From Azolla caroliniana (Eukaryota > Plantae > Polypodiophyta), in NCBI GenBank assembly GCA_043228905.1, contig JBHGNT010000005.1:2728001-2792000 (forward strand): a stretch of 64,000 nucleotides of DNA. The letters run 5' to 3'. The translations under genes and the position numbers were made by a program. Of this stretch, positions 13,906-25,084 are shown in pieces (the first letter of the stretch is position 1; the number at the start of each line of letters is the position of its first letter). Under the pieces are notes generated by a model. That model was not told the DNA's origin and made no database searches. It was given only the letters and a program-made list of their open reading frames with translations.

Positions 13906-14176
13906 TTTGGATGCCCATGAGAAAATCTTTCATGTTTAACACCTTGGATGCCCATGAGACAACTCATTTATAATTACTTTGGATGCCCATGAGAAAATCT
14001 TACATGTTTAACACCTTGGATGCCCATGAGACAACTCATTATAGTATCCGTTGCTTGATACCCATGAGACAACTCACTCTTTTATAATTACTTTGGATGC
14101 CCATGAGAAAATCTTACATGTTTAACACCTTGGATGCCCATGAGACAACTCATTATAGTATCTGTTGCTTGATACA
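13906..14176. repeat. Compound tandem repeat built on TTGGATGCCCATGAGA
   Basis: Core recurs about 7 times; the unit TTTGGATGCCCATGAGAAAATCTTACATGTTTAACACCTTGGATGCCCATGAGACAACTCATT occurs 3 times. Confidence 0.9.
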
Positions 14177-15210
14177 TGTGTAGCAAAGTACAATGAAAAT
14201 GTGAGGAGTCATGTATCCATTTAAAGTTTAGATGAATTGGCAAATCTATAACACAAAATGACACCATCTTTCTTGGCATAACACTACACACAAAAGAATA
14301 ACAAAAACAAATACAAAAAACAAAAAAGGTATTGTAATATGCGTAAGTTGATGTTGCTTCATCAAAATCATGTGCGAGGAATCATGATTTGTTGATTAGC
14401 TAAAATGACCAAACCAAACCAAACCAAACCAAATAAACAAAACTCTTCACAAATGCAAGTATTAATGATAAGGAAGGGTGCATGATTGTGTATAGCCTAT
14501 ATGAGGCAAAATAATTTCATTCTTTTATGTTGCTGATTCGAACGATTGCAATGAAATAGTTCAATCATCAAACTTCACCAATATAGCTAGGGAAAGAATT
14601 AGAGCCCATAAGTTATAACTTTATTAAGAGAAAATATATCTACTGTATTCAAACATATTTGTCGGTTGGTAAGGCACATTCAATGTAAATGAAAATACCC
14701 CTAATAAGTAGCAAGAAAGTGGGATAACACAACATGTAAACACAAGTTGGCAAGTAGGCTATATGTATAAATACACAACTAGGCAAAGATTGTGCTTTTA
14801 CGTCATACTCATGTTTTACACATCATCAAGATAATTGAAGGCACATTTGGGTTGGGTCCACAAAGATTGACTTATTTGTTTTTCAATCAGACAACAATAG
14901 AGATTGCACAAATTGGAATCAAACCTAAGTGGACTGCTCATTTTTGAGGCATCCACTTGGGCCTTTAATTATAAACACATTAACATTTGGAACTATTTGA
15001 CTAGGCTTTTTAACACAAACTAGGCTATGGGGAGTAGTGAAAGATATCAAACATGAAAAGTAGTAGATGAGAAAAGCAAAGAGATAAAAGAAAACGAAAA
15101 GGAAAGAGAAATAAACAAAGGAGCACACAATGAAGAAAGGTAGAACAACCGGAAACCACAATAAAAATGCCAACTCTACAATTTATACACAAGACAATTA
15201 TGATTGATAT

Positions 15211-15560
15211 TAACAGTTGGCAAGAGTTCGGTTTGAACTGAACCGAGCTGCGAAACCGCAACTTAACGGTTTAAACAGTTCGGTTCGGTTCATGTTCAAG
15301 TTTTAACGGTTCAGTTTGGTTTCAACCGTTAGAAACTGCGGTTTAAGGAAAATCTTTTCAATTTTTAAAATTTACAATTTAAATTTAAAATTTTGACCGA
15401 AGTTGAAAACCAAAACCAAACCACAAAACTGCAGTTTTAATGATTTGAATTTTTTTTACCTTTTCGGTTTAACGGTATCGTGGTTTGGTTCAAGTTTCCA
15501 AATTTTTGAACGGTTTGGTTTTGACACTCTCAAACCGAACTATCCCGTTGCCGATTGTTA
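15211..15560. mobile_element. hAT-type MITE (TAACAATCGGCAAC family)
   Basis: TAACAGTTGGCAA and GTTGCCGATTGTTA ends; CGGTTT arrays; degenerate TSD ATTGATAT/GTGGGTAT. Confidence 0.8.
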
Positions 15561-15714
15561 GTGGGTATGTCAATCTAAATTTTCTTGATTACTATTGGTG
15601 GTGCAACATTACTCTTCATAATTCAACCAAGTTTTTGTTCTTGTTTTGAGGCCTTGTCTTGCAACCATGCAATGAGAATTTTGTTCGATTGAAGCTCCTT
15701 CACTCCATTATAAT

Positions 15715-16954
15715 TAGGAATCGGCAACGGTTCGGTTTAGGCTTAACCAGTTTGGTTTTATCCAAGCCAAATTGGTTAAGCCTAAACCATTTTGGGGTTC
15801 TCAAACCTGAACCAAACCAAACCGATCCTTAAATAAGTTTAGCAACTGGTTTGGGATGAAAAAGCTTTAGAGGTGTGTAGAAACCCAAAACACACCAGCG
15901 TCACTTCTACTCTTCTTCTCCTCCTCGTAACTTCCACCCCCTTGGCCTTACCAGCGATGAGTTTGAATTCAACTCCAAGTCCCACCTCCACAACTCCCTC
16001 TCTGTAGACTACTACATCCACGAATCCCCTGCCTCCCACCACCCAAACCACGAGCCCCGAGGATATGGTGACCTTTCACTCTTGGTGATCCAATCCTTCT
16101 CCAAATTTGACATGTCCACCCACCCCCACCCTCCTCATCTTCCTTTGTAGATTGCTACCACCCGACCCTTTTTGGACCTCAATACGTCCATTCTCAATTG
16201 CTATTGCCCATTCCTCAACCACCTTCAGGTCGAGCTCGCCGCTAGGTCCTAGGTCAAACTCAAGAGAGAATAACTAAAATTTCATCTATATGTATAGAAA
16301 TAATGTATATAACAACCAACAATCGGCAACGGTTCGGTTCGGTTTGAACTAAACCGAACTGCGAAACCACGGCTTAATGGTTTCAACGGTTTGGTTTGGT
16401 TTAGGTTTAGGTTTTTAAAAATGGTTAAGTTTGGTTTCATCTATATGTATAGAAATAATGTATATAACAACTAACAATTGGCAATGGTTCGGTTTGAACC
16501 AAACCGAACTGCGAAACCACGGCTTAACGGTTTCAACAGTTTGTTTTGGTTTTAGTTTAGGTTTTAAAAAATGGTTCGGTTTGGTTTCAATAGTTAGAAA
16601 CCACGGTTTAAACAGTTTAACGTTTTTTATTTTTTATTTTTTATTTTAAAATTTTAAATATTTGTTTTAAAACAATATTTTCATTTTTAGACCTTATTCT
16701 TACATTTTAGGAACATCTTTAAAATTTTAAAATTTTAAAAATGAAATATTATAAATTTAAAAATATAAAAATATAAAATTTGACCCAAGTTGAAAACTGA
16801 AACCGTAGTTTTAATAGTTTAATGGTTTGAAAAAAAATTCAACGGTTTCGTGGTTCGGTTCGGGTTTCAAAAATTTAGGTAGGCTCAAGCCGAGCCGAGC
16901 CGCCAAACCATTTAAACCTGGTTTAGGCTTGAACCGAGCCGTTGCCGATCCCTA
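15715..16954. mobile_element. Composite non-autonomous hAT element with coding-like cargo and a piece of the second MITE family
   Basis: TIRs TAGGAATCGGCAACGG and CCGTTGCCGATCCCTA; TSD ATTATAAT/ATTGTAAT; internal ~155-bp tandem duplication at ~16280-16590. Confidence 0.9.
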
Positions 16955-17329
16955 ATTGTAATATACTATACATATTGCTTCCTTGTATTTAACCTTCCCC
17001 TTTTCTTTTGGTCTAAGTAAGCATAAAAGCACATAAACTTCTATGTCATCAAAGTAATATCCGAGAAAAACAATTCTAAGAAAAGGATAAATATTATTTA
17101 AATGATTGTTTAACCAATGGATCAATATTTGTAGGTTTTTTATTCGAAAGCCTTCATAATTTAAAGATATTTGTGTATTTGAATTTCAAAATGTAAAGAA
17201 TGAAGCAAATAAATTCAAACACATTTTGTTTTCCCCGAAAATTTAGATAGTGTTTTGGAACATGTTTTTCATTTTCTACATTTAGTTTCTTTAAATTGTA
17301 ACTATTTGTTATTCCCAAAACTAATGGGA

Positions 17330-17650
17330 TTTTCCAAAAAGAAGCTACTTTCCCATTAGTTAGGAGATATTATTACAAAAAGACTATATAAGGTGGCTTA
17401 TACATAAATCAAGGAATCATCCTCCAACCGAGTTCAAGAATATGAGACTATGCAAACTGACTACTTAATGTAAGTAGGCACCTATAGCTATAAACTAGTG
17501 CCCTTCATCACCAGCCAGTACGAGCTAGATCATATGACCTACAACGAAGGGAGGGTGGGAGGTGAGTAGGAAACTATCAGTGTGGGGTCTGGTAGCTCCA
17601 CCTCGGGCCGTTTCCTCCTTGCATCACCATCGGCATGTTCCGCCATTTCT
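17330..17650 (-). mobile_element. 5'-truncated L1 LINE 3' end (LINE-B family)
   Basis: AAGCTACTTTCCCATTAGTTAGG shared with ~31050 and, inverted, with ~58780-58800; GPRW motif of the ORF2 end. Confidence 0.85.
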
Positions 17651-17659
17651 ACCCAATAA

Positions 17660-18400
17660 TTTTATGATTATCTTCAGATATTAAATATGTCTTATGTGGC
17701 CGAAAAGATAACATTTGCATGCAACGTAAAAGTGAGTAGTGACTCTCGATGCCCAAGAAATCAATTACTATCTGTCATAATGGAGACAACACATTGTGAC
17801 TATGATAGTAATTCATGCAAGCATTGGGTTTGGTGGTTGAAGATGTGTAGAAAACATAATTGAACGTGATCAATGACAAAGCATAACATCAAAGTGTGAT
17901 ACTCAAACTCCAAAATTTGTTTAACAAGATGTGCATAGTCAACTATTGATGTGTATGTATGGAGCACAAATCTCCACATTTTCCCCATGTCTGATACATT
18001 AGTGTTGCAAAAATGTTTCATTCACTAAGGAATCTATTGATGCATCATGAAGCAAGCAAGGTTTGTTTGCATCCCATTTCCAAACCATTTTTTGATGTCT
18101 TGCATCCAATGGAATCACAATTTTGCTTTCACGGATCTTTTAGATACTTCCCATTAAATTCTATGAAGTTGATATGAGGGAGTTTTTTTAACATTAAGCA
18201 TGTATTGAACAACCTGTTCCATAGCCATCATCTCAATGGAAAGTCAATCAGTCTCAAAGAGGGTGTATGACACGCGTTTCCTCACTTAGAGAAACTTTGT
18301 AAGGAAATGCTTATGGACATTTTCAAACTCTGTCTACGTGGACTTAGGGACACTACCACCCTATAAAGAAACATCAGTGTCACCAAACCATCCAAAAGGT
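17660..18400 (-). mobile_element. Non-LTR retrotransposon fragment (RTE/L2-like, post-RT region)
   Basis: Minus frame PIEMMAMEQVVQYML...WMQDIKKWFG; similar to 41580-41770. Confidence 0.55.
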
Positions 18401-18411
18401 ATTTCATGTGT

Positions 18412-18464
<53 letters not shown>

Positions 18465-20870
18465 AAAAACAATAAGGATGATAGATTGTGGGAACATTTG
18501 CAAGGTATGGTGAAGTTATGATGGAAGATTGTATGAAGGATAATGCTAAACTTGCAAAGGAGTTTGCCTAAGGTGATATTATAAGGATGTAGGTTGATAC
18601 TTATGTTATGTTGAGTTATTTTGACAATTTCTTTGATAGAGTTGTCATCCTATGTTAGAAAGATACCCTTTTTTTCTATAAAAACTATACTCCATTGGTA
18701 TTAAAATTAACAATGCCAAAGGCAATCTACAAAAAAGAGGAATTGCTGAACAAATTGCCTTTTTTTGTTGACGTTTCCTGCTTTGAGGCCATTAGAGGAT
18801 TGTCAATACATATTGAAGAGGGATTGTCCTACATTGCTAGGGGTGGAATATAAATATTGAACAATATGGCCATTTTTACAATCCAAAATCGAGAGAATGG
18901 GTAGGATTTTGGTGCCACCTAATGCTAATTGCCAAAATCTTTTTAGAATGTTTATTCTTCGGAATAATCTAGTAAAGAGACCAAATTGTTTGCAAATTGG
19001 ATGTCTTGGTATGTCTCCTATGTCCTTCAAACTTGCAAATTGGATGTCTTGGCATGGCATTGTTTTAGGAAATATTTTGGCCAAGAGCCCACAAAGAGGC
19101 ATATATATATATATATAAGAGAACGTAAAATGATGGAGAATAGCGACGATAGTCTAGGAGGAGCCATTACAGAATGATAAGGATTTAGAGGTGCCAATCA
19201 TAGAGAAAATAAGGGGGCAAAGGGTAGTGAATAAGAGACTGAGAAATCATTAGAGTTGCATAGGCAATGTGCAAAGTTACTAGAAAGATGTAGATAAATA
19301 ATAAGGATGGGAGGAATAAACCAAATGACAAAAATGGTTGGGGAAGCACACCACGATACCACAATTCCACACGGAAACACCCCATCAAATAGGTAGTTCC
19401 AGGTTCCAACATGACAAGGTAAATAGTATTGGGCTTTTCAAGGGAAGTATAAGAAATGTCTTTACTTTTGAATCTTGATTCACAATTTCGAAGTAGAGAA
19501 GTTTTAAAAGGATTTCTTTTGCTGTGATTTCAATTGTTGGAAAAGTCAAGGAATCTTTCAAATGATGAGTGATAGTTATGTAAGGCGATAAATCACCATT
19601 TTCGTCATCATAATTGGTTTCCAGGTTGGGAGTGAGTTTTTAGTATTTATATCCTAGGCAAATCCAATGTTTGTTGTGAATTAGTCTCAATGGAGTGAAT
19701 CCAAATTCCATGATTCAAAATTTGGGTGAAGAAATACTACAAGGTTAAAATGATTACTTTTGTGGCAATTTTCATAATTGTTAAAGTTGAGGAATCTTTC
19801 ACGTGGAGACCAACAATTATTTAAGATGGCATGTCATCGCGTTAATAATCTAAAGCGGTTTGTAGGTTGGGAGTGATTTCTTAGTGTTTGGGTCCTAAAT
19901 AAATCCAAAGTTGTGTCTAGGTTGGGTGGATCCAAATTCCCTTCCTTCACAAGTGTGGATCTAAATTCGATAATTATGTAATTTCACAAGTGATCATGTT
20001 TGTCATCTAGATTGGGTTGTAGGTTGGGAGTGAGTTCATAGTATTTGAATCCTAGATAAATCCAACATTGATTGTAATGGATCCAAAAAGGAGAGAGACA
20101 CATGTGTAGGGGTTTTAGACCTATGTTTGATGAAATTCAATTATCTTTAGGGAATTTTCTCTCAAATTGGTCACCTTCTTTTGAACGTGTTTGATTTGGA
20201 TATTTTACTCCAGTTGATGTTATGATAGGAGCAAAAGGAACATCTCAATGAGACTGTTACTATTTGGACGTATATGAGGAAGGAAGATTATGGCAAACTG
20301 ATGTGGAATCATCAATTTGGCAAACGACATTGCAACATCCGGTGAGAGTGATTGGTAAGTCTGGTAAAAGGTGGATTTTAGATCCTTCTCCATTTGATAA
20401 TATGTTGTTTTGCCAACTCTAGGTTTTTTTTTTAAAATCATTCTTGGGCTTGCATTGGGATCCATCAGATTATCTTTGGAAACATACAAATCCTTCGTCT
20501 CAATATTCTGTGAAGTTGGGACAAAAGATGCTCTTAAGTAGGAAATTGCATTCGCCATTGCTATGAAAGTGTGGTTGGCGAATGGGGCCTCTTTAATGGA
20601 TGCATCTAAATATTGGAAGTAGTTATGGAGTATGCAAATTCCAAGGAAGATTGTCCTTTTTCATTGGTTACTGATCCATTATGCACTACTAGTTCAGGCT
20701 TGGTTATGACAACTAGACAGTAAGTCATGTGGATTTGGTTGTGGATGTATGATGGAATCAATTAAGCAAGTATTGTGGTCTTGTCCTAAAATTATGAAAG
20801 TATGGCAAAGAGTATTAAGGTTGTTGATATTGATTGATACATGTTAATTGTGTGATCACTTGGGGTGCGG

Positions 20871-21513
20871 TGTCGAGGTATTCCTCGCGGATGCGTGGAA
20901 TGAGGCGGGGCCTCGGGGGTCTTGTACCGAAGAGCAAGAGACAAAGGAGAAGGGAAGGGACCCACTACGTGTGGGCATAGATTCACAGGGGCACGACCCT
21001 TCAACACAAGACGCGAGTGGGACACCGACGCAGAGAGACACGAATGTATGTATATATATATTAACAAGGACAAACAACAAGAAGCACGAAGTCGGTTACA
21101 ACTGAACAGGCCGGCGAACAGATGCTGATGCCTGTTCGTAAACGCACAGAAAGAAAGGAGTAGGTTGGAGGTGTTGCCGGAAGCACTCGGGCATTCCTCA
21201 GAGCAGCGCGAGCCTCCCGAAACCTGCACAGAAAGAAGCTACGGAGTTTGGAAGAGAGAGAAGCCTTCGGCCGACAACCCGACATCACTTCGTCCTCTCT
21301 AACCGCGATCCCTTTCCTCCTCCCCGTCTCCCTCCTTTTATAGGCAAGAAAGGAGCCGTTTCCCATTAACTTCCTACCTACCGAATCTACCTACCTAGGA
21401 TCTTCTATGTACCTAATTCTCTCTTATGTACTACATAAGGCGTACGTGCATGAAGAGCCGGTTCCTACACTCCGGTGCACCGATTCCGCTTGTGGACGGT
21501 TTTCTTCACGACA
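20871..21513 (-). repeat. Gypsy 3' LTR
   Basis: TGTCG...CGACA termini; near-identical to 27241-27883; PPT GGTGGGGCGGA at 21524-21514. Confidence 0.97.
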
Positions 21514-21585
21514 TCCGCCCCACCTAACCGCGCATCCACCGGCATGCGCCAAATTGAGTTGGGACGGCGAAAATCGGTCCAGCCT

Positions 21586-24500
21586 TCATTCCCCGCCCGT
21601 CGGTTCTTCCTCGGTTTCGGATCGTTCGTCGTCGCGGTCCAGGTTAACCGGATCCGGCTCGTCGTCGTGACGCTTCTTGAACGCTTTGATCCGCTTCCCA
21701 ACTACCGATATCGCCATTCTCGTGCCGTCGAGTTCCGCCAGATGGTACGTCCTGTTGTCGTTGGCGCTTTGTACCACGTAAGGCCCAAACCACCTTCTTG
21801 CGAACTTCCGTGTCGCTCGGTGCTGGTTGTCGAGGCTGCTGTCGTAGACTAGCACCCAGTCGCCTTCCTCGATCTTCTTTGGTTGGATCCGGTGCGTCCG
21901 GTCGAACCGGGCTTTGTTCCTCGTCCTTGCCACCCGAAGCTTTCCCGCTGCCTGCTCCATGTCCTCCGGTCTTTGCTCGAGCTGTCGTATGCGCGCCGCC
22001 AACAGTTCCTCCCGGCTCATCTCGTTTTTCCAGTCCATGGTTGCCCATGAGGAGATCGTACGTTCCATCGGCATGATCGGCTTCTGCCCAAACATGAGCT
22101 CTGCCGGCATGAATACGGTTACCGAACTGTGCGTAGTTCGGTCAGCCCACAACGCGTAAGGCAACAACCGCGGCCAGTTCCCGACTTGACCTCCGCATGC
22201 CCGAACTAACGCCTTGACGATCGGTCCGTGTCCGCGCTCCACCTTCCCATTCGCCTCTGGATTGTACGCAGTGGTAAGCGAGAGCTTGACTCCTAGCCGG
22301 TCGAACAGCTCCTCGGCCTCTTCGGCGTCCAACTCCCCGCGATCAGCCACGATCTTCCCGATGCACCCGAAACGGCATATCACGTCCTCGATCAGGAACC
22401 GACATACGGCCACGGTCGCTTTGTTCTGAAGGGCTCGGCCTTCCACCTGGTTCGTCAGATCTTCCCGAGCCAGGACCAGATACCGCATCTGTCCTACTCC
22501 CATCGGCATCGTCACCAGATCTACCATCCATTTGAAGTGGATGGTCGGAGGGTACGTAGGGTGAAGCTCGTCCCGATGCCGGACTATGGAGTGCATCTGA
22601 CAGCTCTCGCAAGTTGTCACGAACTGATGCACGTCCCGGTACAGTCCCGGCCACCAGTACTTCCCCTTTATCTTCTTGAACGTGGCCCACGTTCCACGGT
22701 GTCCAGCCCAAGGGCTGTCGTGGTGTCAGCAACTCCTCCTGTTCTTCCTTCATCGCCACCACCTGGAGCGGGAAGCCGTTCCTCTTCTTCGGGTGCTTCC
22801 ATAAGTATCCGTCCCAGAGAAAGAATCGGTATGCTTTCTTCCGGATTCGGTTGGTCTCGTCCCTCGTCCACGACGCATCCGGCGTCATTGTCCTCAAGAA
22901 ACCACCAATCTGGAGCCACTCGCCGTCGTACTTGCTCTCGTCGAAGCCATTAAGCGCCGAAGTGCTCGTCCCATCGGTCGTCACGTACGCTGCCTCGAAG
23001 AAGTCCACGCCGACTTCTTCGTCCTCCGAAACCATGCCGCCCTCGTCATCAAACCTCGCCCTCGAAAGCATGTCGGCCATGGCGTTGTCCTTTCCGGAAA
23101 TGTGTCGTGTTTCCGTGTCCAGGGACTTGATGTACGCTATCCACCTGAGCATCGCCAGGTCCGGTGTCGCGCATCCGGAAACCATGCCGAGAATTGGGAG
23201 GCAATCCGTCTCGATAATCACTTCTATCCCGATCAGGTAGTTTTTGTCGGCCTTTACTGCCGAAACGATACCCCAGAGTTCGCGTTTAACCTGGGCGTAC
23301 CCTCGCTGTCGCTCACTGAGGACCTTCGCGCCGAATCGGATCGGGAACCGAATGCCGTCCTCGTCTTCTTGGTTGACGACCCATCCGATCCCGGTCGAAC
23401 TCGTATCCACTGTTATGTATACCGGGGTACCCTTCCCGTAGACAGCCTTCCGGAGTGCCGGTGCTGCCGCAAGAGCTTCCTTCAGCTTCCAGACCGACTC
23501 CGTGTGCTCGTCTCGCCACTCGAATTTTCGCCCCTTCTTCGGCAACCCGTATAGCGGCTCCGCAACGTGGGCGTAATGCGGGATCCATATGTGGTAGAAT
23601 GTGCATGCCCCCAGGAACCTCTGAACCTCCGTAACCGAGCTACAGTCGGTCTTCATCGCGGAGATGGCTTCTACCTTTGCCGGAGACGGCTTCCGGCCAT
23701 ATGGTCCACATAGGTGTCCGACCACCAGGATTTCTGATTGCCCGAAGGCCGATTTCTCCCCGGAGAAGGTGAGCCTCGCATCCTCTAACCTTTGTAGCAC
23801 CTTCTCGCAGTCGTTGATGTGTGTTGCCACGAATCGCCGGCACCCGTCCGGCCCAAGTGTCTCGTCCTTCTCTTCCACCGGGCACCCTTTGATCGGGATG
23901 TCGTCTAGAAATGGCATGGTGATGTCCGGGATGCAATCCCTCAGTACCTTGTTCATTGCATTCACCATGTGGGCCACCGAGTTGGTCCCTCCTTGTGGCA
24001 GGGTACACATTCGCACTAGGTCGAGGGGAGTTCGCATCGTCGTAATGTCTCTGCTCTCCACGACTAGCTGGAACTGGTCGTACCCCGAGTACAGATCACC
24101 GACCGAGTAAATCGACCTTCCGGCGAAGGCCTCCGCGAACTCGTCTATGGTCGGTCCGATTCCTGTGTTCCGAATGGTCACTCTGTTGACCGACTGCAGG
24201 TCTTGAATGAAGCGCAATGTTCCGTTTTTCTTTGGTACGGTAAACCATCGGTTTGAGTATGGGGCACTCGACGGTTCGAGAATGCCCATATCGACTTTCT
24301 GCCTCAATAGCTCCATCAACTTCGGGATGTGAGCTCTCGGTACTGGAATCGGCTTGAGATTCCATGGCACATGCGGTACCGTGAATATCACCATCGGCTC
24401 CACGATTGTCGGATCTACGCACCCGATCTCTTCCGGTGAGAATGCGAAGGCTTTCCCGTGTCTTCTGAGCATTCTCCGAAACCGGTCTTCCTCCGCCGGC

Positions 24501-25084
24501 AGTAGGAACCCGCCCCCACCGATTTTGAGCTCCCGGAGTGTCCCGTCGGTGAAGGTGTGTCCTATGCAGACCGGATCTCGTAAACTGGGGTCCGACGCAA
24601 CCCCTCTGATTCGGGACTCGCTACCCTCCGGTAAGGGTGCCGCGACTGGCCTTACCTTCCGGTCCACAGTCTTGTACTTCGTGCTAACTCGGGCCGTCCG
24701 ATCTGACCCGAGCCCCTGACTAAAGTTCGCGATGACTTCGTACATCTCTTCGGAACATACCGGTATCGTCCGGTCTTCGTTAAGGTCTTCTCCGCCTACC
24801 TTCCTCAGCATCCCCAAGGTGTCGTCGAAGGAGACCGCCTCCACGGCTCCGCTGATTTCCTCGTCCGGGTCGAGAACTCTGCACGCTCGAAGTCGCTCCT
24901 CCGCCCTTGCCTTTTCTCGGCCAACGATGCCGACTATCATACACCCTCCGTTGTTGGAGAAGAAAAATTTCCTGCCTATCGTACATGGTTTCTTCGGTTT
25001 CGGTTCTATCGTACAGCTGTGGGGTCTTTCCCGAGTGTCCGGACTGTCTCGGCCCCACGCCTTGGCAGCCCTCTCTAAAAATCC
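21586..25084 (-). pseudogene. Gypsy pol (RT, RNase H, integrase); one frameshift near 22722
   Basis: RT LPQG/FLDD, RNase H VDTS..RELWGIV..ETDC..DMLSR, INT HDSPWAGH..CESC, VDLV..ADRGE..NGKVERGH, GPY/F motif RWFGPYVV; frame open from the slippery site at 25084. Confidence 0.95.

Noticed and set aside
13906-14176. Repeat-spacer pattern resembling a CRISPR array
   Set aside because: The spacers are themselves repeated, the context is eukaryotic, and there are no cas genes.
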